Shown here: in pieces, positions 8,214 through 16,037 of the stretch
Layout of the letters: each line of letters opens with the position of its first letter
How positions within the stretch are numbered: position 1 is the first letter of the stretch
Origin: a virus
Lineage: Duplodnaviria > Caudoviricetes
Virus record (IMG/VR): IMGVR_UViG_3300016662_000121
Location: 1 to 36,058 of that record
DNA length: 36,058 nt
Reading direction: 5' to 3' (one strand)
Position numbers and translations under genes: made by a program
Notes under the pieces: model-generated
Told to the model about the DNA's origin: nothing
What the model saw: only the letters and a program-made list of their open reading frames with translations
Database searches by the model: none

Positions 8214-9205
8214 GCATGTTGATCCCTGGCCAGAACCAACTGGCCGAACCTTCGCTGATCAAGGTCGAGGCCTTCGAGGATTTGCTGGCCGAGTTCAAGA
8301 CCTTCGTCCTGGAATACGTCGGATCCCGCTCGCCGCAGAGCGCTGCGAAACTCAAGACCAGCCTGGAAAACGAAAGCGAACTGCTGACGATGGCGCTCGA
8401 AGCGTTTTGCGTTCGCCTGCAAACCCACGAACGCAAATACAACGCCCGGATCAAGCAGATGCTGGCGTGGTGGGCCACCGGCAGCAACCTTGATGCGCGG
8501 CTGGCGGACATGGGCCTGGAGCGGCAGTTGCTCGACCCGGGCGACCCGGCGGCATTCCCGCCAGTGCCGGCGATTTACGAAAGCGACGATGACGCCCGGT
8601 TGCGCTACTACCTGGCGCCCCATGCGCCGGCGGCGGGTTCGCGGATGCAGTACCGCCGCGAGGTGTTCACCCTCGGCGAGCGGCCGGCGGTGAAAGTCGA
8701 ATCCAGCGATGCCGGCGTCGTCGACGTCACCTACACCTTCGCCCCGGACGGCCTCGCCGCACAGGTCAAGGATGGCAATGGCCGTCGCACGGCCCCCGGA
8801 GAAGTACAGGTGACTGTGCTGTCCCGCGATGCCGACGGCACACCGTCCGCCGCGTTGCTCGACGGCGTGCGCCAACACTTCGCCCGGCCGGATGTCTGCC
8901 CGGAAACCGACAAGGTCATCGTCAAAGCTGCTGATATTCAGCGCTACAAGATCCGTGTTGTGGCGAAGATCAATTCCGGCCCGGATTCTGGCCTGACCAA
9001 AGTCGCCGCCGAGCAACATCTGCAAGCCTACGCCGACAGTTGTCATCGCCTGGAAGGCCGGGTCGATCCGAGCTGGATCGACTACACGCTGCACAGCGCC
9101 GGCGCCGTGCAGCTGGAGATTCTTGAACCGCTGACACCGATTGTGTGCTCCGCGTTTCAAGCGCCGTTCTGCACGGCGGTCGAGGTCGAGGTACAGACGC
9201 TATGA
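8210..9205 (+). CDS. Baseplate J-like protein
   Basis: WATGSNLD, ESDDDARLR, AAGS, PGEVQVTVLS motifs; V-W-J-I order. Confidence 0.88.
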   Translation: MSMLIPGQNQLAEPSLIKVEAFEDLLAEFKTFVLEYVGSRSPQSAAKLKTSLENESELLTMALEAFCVRLQTHERKYNARIKQMLAWWATGSNLDARLADMGLERQLLDPGDPAAFPPVPAIYESDDDARLRYYLAPHAPAAGSRMQYRREVFTLGERPAVKVESSDAGVVDVTYTFAPDGLAAQVKDGNGRRTAPGEVQVTVLSRDADGTPSAALLDGVRQHFARPDVCPETDKVIVKAADIQRYKIRVVAKINSGPDSGLTKVAAEQHLQAYADSCHRLEGRVDPSWIDYTLHSAGAVQLEILEPLTPIVCSAFQAPFCTAVEVEVQTL

Positions 9206-9837
9206 CGGACCAGACACCGCGTCCGACCCTGTTGCCGGCCAACAGCTCGGCGCTGGAACGGGCGCTCGATATCGGCTTCGGCACCTTGCTTGACCGCATC
9301 GTGCCGCCGTTTCCCGAACTGATGAACCCGAGCGAAACACCGGTCGCGTTCCTGCCGTATCTCGCAGCGGATCGCGGCGTGGCCGAATGGAGCACCGACG
9401 CACCGGAGGCGGAAAAGCGCCTGACCGTCGAACTGGCGTGGCCCACTGCGCGTCAGGCCGGTACCCGCAAGGCGCTGGAAAACGCCGCCAAGGGATTGCA
9501 ACTGAGGCCTGAAGTCCGCGCCTGGTACGAACAGACACCGCCCGGCGAACCCTACAGTTTTTCCGTGCGGGCCTTCAGCGAACAACCCTACAGCGAAGAA
9601 ATCGACGCCCGTCTCGACCGACGCCTGGCCGATGCCAAGAGCGAACGGGACGTGCTGTCGGTGTCGGTCGGCCTCAGCGCCTTCGGCTCTCATGTGATTG
9701 GTGCCGCGACTTTTTGCGGCGAACTGACCACGGTCTATCCGGTGTTCCTCGAAGGCCTCGAAACCTCCGGTGAAGCCTTCATGGCGGCCGGTTTCTACAC
9801 CGTCGAAACATCCACTATTTATCCTCAGGGGGCCTGA
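9202..9837 (+). CDS. Phage tail protein I
   Basis: LLPANSSALERAL, FLPYLA, GTRKAL; ATGA overlap with the J gene. Confidence 0.88.
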   Translation: MTDQTPRPTLLPANSSALERALDIGFGTLLDRIVPPFPELMNPSETPVAFLPYLAADRGVAEWSTDAPEAEKRLTVELAWPTARQAGTRKALENAAKGLQLRPEVRAWYEQTPPGEPYSFSVRAFSEQPYSEEIDARLDRRLADAKSERDVLSVSVGLSAFGSHVIGAATFCGELTTVYPVFLEGLETSGEAFMAAGFYTVETSTIYPQGA

Positions 9838-12800
9838 ATGGCTGACTATTACACCCTGCTCACCAACGCAGGGATTGCCTACGAAACGGCGTGCAAGGCC
9901 GCGGGCGTGCCGATCAAGCTGACGCAGATTTCCGTCGGCGACGGCGGCGGCGCGGTCTACAACCCGGCCGCGACAGCTACCGCGCTGAAACGCGAAGTCT
10001 GGCGCGGACCGCTTAACGCGCTGTTCCAGGACGAGAAAAATCCGAGCTGGCTGCTCGCCGAAGTCACCATTCCGCCGGACGTCGGCGGCTGGTACGTGCG
10101 GGAAGCCGGGCTGTGGACCGACACCGGCATTCTCTACGCCATCGTCAAATACCCGGAGTCGTTCAAACCGGTGCTGGCCACGTCCGGCTCGGGCAAAGAG
10201 TTCTACATCCGCTCGATTTTCGAGACCAGCAATGCCTCGCTGGTGACGCTGCTGATCGATGACACGGTGGTCAAGGCCACCCGTGCCTGGGTCATGAGCT
10301 ACCTCGCCGAAGAACTCGGCAAACTTGATGGCAAGCAATCTGTGCGCGTCGCTGCCACCGCCAACGTGGTGTTGAACGGTGCGCAGCAGATCGACGGTGT
10401 GGCGGTGATTGCCGGAGACCGCGTATTGCTGCCGAACCAGACCCTGGCCAAGGACAACGGCCTGTGGATCGTCGCCAACGGTGACTGGGTGCGGGCCAAC
10501 GATGCCAATGTCAGCGCCAAGGTCACACCGGGCCTGACGGTGATGGTGGAAGAGGGCACGCTCAACGGCGATTCGCTGTGGCACCTGACCACCAACACGC
10601 CGATCACCCTCGGCACTACTGCGCTGACATTCAAGATGCTCGCAGGGCGCACCGGGATTGCCGCCGGGACTTACAAGAGTCTGAGCGTCGACGAGTATGG
10701 CCGCGCGACGGCCGGCTCGAATCCAGACACGCTGGCCGGTTTCGGCATCAAGGATTCCTACACCAAGGCTGAAGTCGAAGCGCTGATTGCCAAGGCCTCG
10801 GCATTGCCGGTGGGTTCGATTGTGGCGTTCCCCGTTGATACGCCGCCACCGGGTTTCCTGGAGCTGGACAACAGCGTCAAGAGCAGCGCGACCTACCCGG
10901 ACTTGAGCGCCTATCTGGGTGGCAAGTTCAACAAGGGCGATGAGGGTGTCGGGAATTTCCGCTTGCCTGAAGCGCGTGGGGAGTTTTTGCGCGGTTGGGA
11001 TCATGGGCGTGGAGTGGATGCCGGGCGTGGTGTAGGCAGTCGGCAGAAAGGTTCGCTCTCTGGTTATGACGCGGATTCGAACGGTCTCAGTGCCGCGATG
11101 GGGATGGGTGCAGCAAGTGGTAGCAAGGCTGACGATTTTGGGCTGGATGCATATTCAGCATCAGGGAATGCGTACTCCGTAACGATGGGTTACGCCACTT
11201 TGATTGGTTCCAGTACACCGAGCGATCTGTACGCTGGCATTGTCAGACCACGCAACATCGCCGTCATGTGGTGCATCAAAGCCTGGAACGCCCCGGTCAA
11301 TCAGGGAAACATTGATGTAGCAGCACTGGTCAAGGAAGTCTCTCGGTTGGGATCTGCCGTTCCGGTGGGCGCTGTCATGGCGTTCCCGACGGGGATCGTG
11401 CCTCCGGGGTTTCTTGAGCTGGATGGCAGTGTGCAGAGCACTGCGACTTATCCGGATCTGGCGACTTACCTCGGCACAACATTCAACAGGGGCGATGAAG
11501 GAGTTGGTAACTTTCGGCTGCCGGAGTCGCGTGGTGAGTTCCTGCGTGGCTGGGATCATGGTCGTGGTGTGGATAGCGGGCGAAATTTTGGCACGTATCA
11601 GGCTGACGATTTCAAGGCGCACAATCATCCGCCGGCAAATAATCGTCCGGGCTTCATGACTAATGAGTTTCCAACGGTTCAGGCATATCACGCAGCCGCT
11701 TCGGGGGGACCTCAATCCTACTCGGGTGAAGGGCAACAGATTGCTACGACGGGTAACCGGGGAGGCACGGAAACCCGCCCCCGCAACCTCGCCGTCATGT
11801 GGTGCATCAAGGCCTGGAACGCGCCGATCAATCAGGGGAACATCGACGTAGCAGCACTGGCCAAGGAAGTCTCGCAGCTCAAATCGTCTGTTCCGGTCGG
11901 CGCTGTCCTGTCGTTTCCAATGGGTGTCGTGCCTGCCGGTTATCTGGAGCTGGATGGCAGTGTGCAGAGCATTGCGACCTATCCGGATCTGGCGGCGTAT
12001 CTCGGGACAAAATTCAACAAGGGGGACGAAGGCGCGGGCAATTTCCGCCTGCCAGAGTCTCGCGGTGAGTTTCTGCGTGGTTGGGATCATGGACGGGGTG
12101 TGGACGCTGGACGGGAGCTGGGAAGTTTCCAGAAAGCAACGCTGCTAGCGTGTGACGCAATTACTCCTGACCTTCTAGCAAAACAAGACACCACCGTAGC
12201 TTTCAAGCTTGGCATGACTCTTTCCGAGAATAGCCATTCGTACATTGGTGGGGATGTTGTCAACAAGACTGCTTATCCTGAAACGGGAATCACCATCAGC
12301 ACGAGCGATAATTCTGGAACGCTGTATCTGGATACGCCGGCTATTTTTGATCGTGGCAATCTGGTTGGCACCCGCCCGCGCAACCTGGCGGTGATGTGGT
12401 GCATCAAAGCCTGGAACGCACCGGTCAATCAGGGAAGCATTGATGTCGCAGCGCTGGCCCCTTTGGCCCAGCAAGCGACTGAAATAAAGCAGGGTACGGC
12501 CAAGGTCGCCACTCAGACTCAGGTTGAGTCCGGCATGGATGACGCAACAATCGTCACGCCGAAAAAGATGCGCTGGGGTTTTGCCAGCCTTTTTGCGAAC
12601 AACGGGTATGTCGTCTTTCCGTCATGGATGGGTGGGTTGATCATTCAATGGATCGGCAGCACGACGTTGGGTGTACAGGGGGCAGGTTCGAGCTTTCCAC
12701 TGGCGTTCCCCACAGCGTTGTTCGGAGTTTGGGTCACGGCGGTCAACGGACCGGCCACAGCTGACGTTTCTTTGGGAGCCAAGAGTTTGACCGGTTTCAC

Positions 12801-12855
12801 CGCTTACTCGTCGATCCTTCCGTTCGGCTTCGGCGCCATCGCAATCGGCCGATAA
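9838..12855 (+). CDS. Tailocin 1 tail fibre (1005 aa) with three tandem collar+tip modules
   Basis: P2 gpH-like N-terminus (YYTLLTNAG, IPPDVGGWYVREAGL, YPESFKP); three PVG...GEFLRGWDHGRGVD...RPRN.AVMWCIKAWNAP modules; C-terminal GLIIQW...FPLAFP domain. Confidence 0.92.
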   Translation: MADYYTLLTNAGIAYETACKAAGVPIKLTQISVGDGGGAVYNPAATATALKREVWRGPLNALFQDEKNPSWLLAEVTIPPDVGGWYVREAGLWTDTGILYAIVKYPESFKPVLATSGSGKEFYIRSIFETSNASLVTLLIDDTVVKATRAWVMSYLAEELGKLDGKQSVRVAATANVVLNGAQQIDGVAVIAGDRVLLPNQTLAKDNGLWIVANGDWVRANDANVSAKVTPGLTVMVEEGTLNGDSLWHLTTNTPITLGTTALTFKMLAGRTGIAAGTYKSLSVDEYGRATAGSNPDTLAGFGIKDSYTKAEVEALIAKASALPVGSIVAFPVDTPPPGFLELDNSVKSSATYPDLSAYLGGKFNKGDEGVGNFRLPEARGEFLRGWDHGRGVDAGRGVGSRQKGSLSGYDADSNGLSAAMGMGAASGSKADDFGLDAYSASGNAYSVTMGYATLIGSSTPSDLYAGIVRPRNIAVMWCIKAWNAPVNQGNIDVAALVKEVSRLGSAVPVGAVMAFPTGIVPPGFLELDGSVQSTATYPDLATYLGTTFNRGDEGVGNFRLPESRGEFLRGWDHGRGVDSGRNFGTYQADDFKAHNHPPANNRPGFMTNEFPTVQAYHAAASGGPQSYSGEGQQIATTGNRGGTETRPRNLAVMWCIKAWNAPINQGNIDVAALAKEVSQLKSSVPVGAVLSFPMGVVPAGYLELDGSVQSIATYPDLAAYLGTKFNKGDEGAGNFRLPESRGEFLRGWDHGRGVDAGRELGSFQKATLLACDAITPDLLAKQDTTVAFKLGMTLSENSHSYIGGDVVNKTAYPETGITISTSDNSGTLYLDTPAIFDRGNLVGTRPRNLAVMWCIKAWNAPVNQGSIDVAALAPLAQQATEIKQGTAKVATQTQVESGMDDATIVTPKKMRWGFASLFANNGYVVFPSWMGGLIIQWIGSTTLGVQGAGSSFPLAFPTALFGVWVTAVNGPATADVSLGAKSLTGFTAYSSILPFGFGAIAIGR
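10807..12456 (+). repeat. Three intragenic direct repeats with variable cores
   Basis: Units start at 10807, 11362 and 11893; conserved flanks, unrelated central segments. Confidence 0.9.
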
Positions 12856-12865
12856 GGAGTCCTTC

Positions 12866-13288
12866 ATGAAAATGTTCTATAGCCAGTCCACTGGCTGCAC
12901 CTACCTGGAAGGGCTGCATGCCCTGATCCCGGAGGATGCTGTTGCAATATCTCAAGATCGAGTACTGAGCGTTATCGGTAACCCCGAGCCCGGCAAGGTT
13001 CGAGCTCACGATGACTCTGGTCTGCCAATCTTGAGCGAGCCACCGGCTGACAGGCTGGAAAGCGCCGAACGCAGCTGGCGCGATGCTGAAATCATGCACG
13101 TGCAGTGGCTGCGTGACCGTCATCGGGATCAACTCGACCTGGAGCAGCCCCCAACTCTCTCGACGGAGCAGTTCAGCGAACTGCTGACCTACATCCGAAG
13201 TCTGCGGGACTGGCCGCAATCGCCAGAGTTTCCCGCGATCGAGTCGCGGCCCAAAGAGCCCTCCTGGATCACTGACCAAACTTCCTGA
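12866..13288 (+). CDS. Tail fibre chaperone of tailocin 1
   Basis: FYSQST...IPEDAVAI, ERSWRD, YIRSLRDWPQSPEFP; directly follows the fibre. Confidence 0.85.
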   Translation: MKMFYSQSTGCTYLEGLHALIPEDAVAISQDRVLSVIGNPEPGKVRAHDDSGLPILSEPPADRLESAERSWRDAEIMHVQWLRDRHRDQLDLEQPPTLSTEQFSELLTYIRSLRDWPQSPEFPAIESRPKEPSWITDQTS

Positions 13289-13368
13289 ACGCCCCGCACC
13301 CCGGGGCGTTTTCTTATCCGCCAAAAATATCCAACACCCGCCAAGCCCCTCCCTTTGAGGGGCTTTCC
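13288..13368 (+). terminator. Two tandem hairpins / terminators between chaperone and sheath module
   Basis: AACGCCCCG-caccc-CGGGGCGTT+TTCTT (13288-13315) and AAGCCCCTC-ccttt-GAGGGGCTT (13343-13365). Confidence 0.65.
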
Positions 13369-13388
13369 CGTTTATGGAGAAACGAAAA

Positions 13389-13574
13389 ATGGCAACCCGC
13401 CAAACCTACACCGTGCTCGTTCCATTCCCCACCGGCGGTGGGCACTGGTCGAGCGTCGGCCAGGAACTCGATCTGCTCGACGTCGAGGCCAGTGCCCTGC
13501 ACAGCGCCGGTCGACTGGAGCTGAAAACACCTACCACCAAGGCCGTGAAGGCCGCTGCCAAGAAGGCTGACTGA
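13389..13574 (+). CDS. Small hypothetical protein preceding the sheath gene
   Basis: GGAGA RBS, 61 aa, K/A-rich tail, positional equivalent of the small gene before sheath 2. Confidence 0.65.
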   Translation: MATRQTYTVLVPFPTGGGHWSSVGQELDLLDVEASALHSAGRLELKTPTTKAVKAAAKKAD

Positions 13575-13576
13575 AT

Positions 13577-14743
13577 ATGGCTGAGGTTCTGAACTTCGAG
13601 CACAACGGCATTACCGTCAATGCCACCGAATCCCCCGAGGCCATGGGTGGCCTGGGTGACAACGTCATCGGTCTGGTCGGCACTGCGCCGAAAGCCGATC
13701 CGCTGATTCCGCGCAACGCACCGTTTCGCATCAACAGCTTCACCACCCACGCGCTGCTCGATCCGACCGGTGCGGAAGAGGGCACGCTGTACCACGCGGT
13801 CTACCAGATCCTCAAAGTGGTCAAGGTGCCGGTGTACGTGGTGATCGTCGAGGCGGGCGCGACCCCGGCCGACACCGTCAACGCAGTGATCGGCGGCATC
13901 GAGCCAGTGACCGGTCGCAAGCTTGGTCTGGCGGCACTGGGCAGCGTCCCGGAAGACCTGACCATCATCGGCGCGCCGGGCTTCACCGGCACCAAGGCTG
14001 TAGCCAGTGAGTTCGCCTCGTTCGGCAAGCGCATCAAGGCCCGTGTGGTGCTGGACGGCAAGGATGCCTCGGTCGCTGACCAGGTGACCTACAGCCAGGA
14101 ACTGGGCGGCGCCGACCTCGGTTTCGACCGTTGCCTGGTGGTGCACAACATGCCCGCCGTGTACTCGAAAGCGGCGAAGAAAAACGTCTTCCTCGCGCCG
14201 TCGAGCCTGGCGATTGCCGCACTGGCCAAGGTCAAGCAATGGGAAAGCCCGGGCAACCAGGTGACCTACGCCGAAGACGTATCCCGCGTCGTTGAATACA
14301 ACATCCTCGACACTTCCACCGAAGGCGATCTGCTCAACCGCTACGGCGTCAGCTACTACGCCCGCACCATCCTTGGCGGCTTCTCGCTGCTGGGCAACCG
14401 CTCGATCACCGGCAAGTTCATCAGCTACGTCGGTCTGGAAGACGCCATCAGCCGCAAGCTGGTGAAGGCCGGCCAGAAAGCCATGGCAAAGAACCTGACC
14501 AAGTCGTTCATGGATCAGGAAGTCAAACGCATCAACGACTGGCTGCAGACCCTGGTCGCCGACGAAACCATTCCTGGCGGCAGCGTGTACCTGCACCCGG
14601 AACTCAACAGCGTCGAGAAGTACAAGAACGGCACCTGGTACGTGGTCATCGACTACGGCCGCTACGCGCCGAACGAACACATGGTTTATCAACTCAACGC
14701 CCGCGATGAAATCATCGAGCAGTTCCTGGAGGACGTTCTCTAA
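13577..14743 (+). CDS. Contractile tail sheath (P2 FI-like), tailocin 1
   Basis: HNGITV, IGLVGTAP, IIGAPGF, WESPGN, GFSLLGNR; 388 aa. Confidence 0.92.
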   Translation: MAEVLNFEHNGITVNATESPEAMGGLGDNVIGLVGTAPKADPLIPRNAPFRINSFTTHALLDPTGAEEGTLYHAVYQILKVVKVPVYVVIVEAGATPADTVNAVIGGIEPVTGRKLGLAALGSVPEDLTIIGAPGFTGTKAVASEFASFGKRIKARVVLDGKDASVADQVTYSQELGGADLGFDRCLVVHNMPAVYSKAAKKNVFLAPSSLAIAALAKVKQWESPGNQVTYAEDVSRVVEYNILDTSTEGDLLNRYGVSYYARTILGGFSLLGNRSITGKFISYVGLEDAISRKLVKAGQKAMAKNLTKSFMDQEVKRINDWLQTLVADETIPGGSVYLHPELNSVEKYKNGTWYVVIDYGRYAPNEHMVYQLNARDEIIEQFLEDVL

Positions 14744-15249
14744 TGTTTACCAACCGTAATCGCCAGGCCATCGCGGCCACCCTGCAAGGCCTGCCGTTGT
14801 CGGCGACCGTGGAGGAATTCACTCCGCCGAAGATCGAATTCGACGTGGAAGAGATGCGTGGCGGCCGCTTCATCGTTGAAGAAATGGTCAAGGGCGGCAA
14901 AGCGCTCAACGCCAAGTTGACCCTGCAAGGCATGGGCACCGAGGTCATGCTTGCACTGGGTGTGAAGCTGGGCGACGACATCCTGCTGAACGTGCGTGAA
15001 GCCGGTCAGGACCAGGACGGCAACACCTGGTTCACCTACCACACCGTCGGCGGCAAGCTGAAATCCCTGGAGGAAACCGCGGTGAAAATGGGTGAAAAAC
15101 CCAAGACCAACCTGGAGCTCTCCTGCCGTACCTACAACCGTCTGGAAAATGGCGTGCCGGTGATCGACATCGACGTGCGCACCCAGAAGTTCGTACTCAA
15201 CGGCGTAGACATCCTCGGTGATGCGCGTCGTGCGGTGCTGATGCCATAA
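14743..15249 (+). CDS. Major tail tube (P2 FII-like), tailocin 1
   Basis: EEFTPPKI, EMRGG, IDIDV...NGVD; follows sheath. Confidence 0.9.
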   Translation: MFTNRNRQAIAATLQGLPLSATVEEFTPPKIEFDVEEMRGGRFIVEEMVKGGKALNAKLTLQGMGTEVMLALGVKLGDDILLNVREAGQDQDGNTWFTYHTVGGKLKSLEETAVKMGEKPKTNLELSCRTYNRLENGVPVIDIDVRTQKFVLNGVDILGDARRAVLMP

Positions 15250-15271
15250 GCCTTTCGGCGCATCAAGCACA

Positions 15272-15297
15272 CCCTGTGGGCGCTTATGCCCACAGGG
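15272..15297. repeat. Perfect 10-bp inverted repeat between tube and chaperone genes
   Basis: CCCTGTGGGC-gcttat-GCCCACAGGG; no U tract. Confidence 0.6.
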
Positions 15298-15327
15298 ATC
15301 TTCAAGAACACCCAAGGAATTCCTTTC

Positions 15328-15909
15328 ATGTCGTGGATGCCACCCAAGCATGACCTGTTGTCGCCGATCACCGGCGACGACGGCTCGCAGATCGAATCGA
15401 TCCAGCTCAAGACCCTGTTCTACGCCGCCCAGAAAGAAGCGCTGGAACGCGCCGGCGACGATGAGGACGATCAGTTCTTCGAACTGGCGCTGCTGGCCAC
15501 CGGGCTGTCGGTCAAGGAGCTCGACCAGCTCAAGCGTCCGGACTACGTGACCATCGCGCAGTACGTACACGAGATGTCGACCCGTCCGGCGTCGTACTTT
15601 CTCGACCAGGTCGAAGACGCGGAAAAGTCCGACGATCCCGACCAGGTGCAACTGCTGCAACCGCTCGCCGTCACCGGCCGCACCGTGACCTCGTTGAGCC
15701 TGGAAATGCCGGCGCTGCGGGCCACCAAAGTGATGAAGAAACTGAAAACGGCCAAGGAACGCGCCGAGTTCATCACCGCCCATTGCACCGGCCTGATGAT
15801 CCCCGATCTGGCCCTGATGAGCGTCCCTGACTGGACGCAATTGCAGGTGCGCATCGACGATTTTTTAAACCAGCCGGCGGCCTTCTTTCAGAACGCGACA
15901 TCGAAGTAA
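15328..15909 (+). CDS. Tail assembly chaperone (gpE-like, apparently two tandem domains)
   Basis: Between tube and tape measure; twice L.xP(I/L)...I/V.S(I/L).L...TGL....L..(L/M)..PD. Confidence 0.8.
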   Translation: MSWMPPKHDLLSPITGDDGSQIESIQLKTLFYAAQKEALERAGDDEDDQFFELALLATGLSVKELDQLKRPDYVTIAQYVHEMSTRPASYFLDQVEDAEKSDDPDQVQLLQPLAVTGRTVTSLSLEMPALRATKVMKKLKTAKERAEFITAHCTGLMIPDLALMSVPDWTQLQVRIDDFLNQPAAFFQNATSK

Positions 15910-16031
15910 TCCTCGATATCGTGCCGCTCATTTACCCGGTAAGTGAAGCGGAAATTCTGGAGTGGGACGCCGAAAAGGCGTTGCGCCGCTACGACATAGC
16001 GATCACTCGCCTTGGCGTGAAACAGGAGTAG
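15861..16031 (+). CDS. -1 frameshift extension of the tail chaperone (gpE+E'-like)
   Basis: Slippery T TTT TTA AAC at 15861-15870; -1 frame open to TAG 16029-16031 (KPAGGLLSERDIEVILDIVPLIYPVSEAEILEWDAEKALRRYDIAITRLGVKQE). Confidence 0.8.
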   Translation, partial: FFKPAGGLLSERDIEVILDIVPLIYPVSEAEILEWDAEKALRRYDIAITRLGVKQE

Positions 16032-16037
16032 AGCGGC

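Noticed and set aside
10807-12456. Diversity-generating retroelement or shufflon acting on the fibre repeats
   Set aside because: No reverse transcriptase or invertase in the window; repeats are direct, in frame and not restricted to adenine differences
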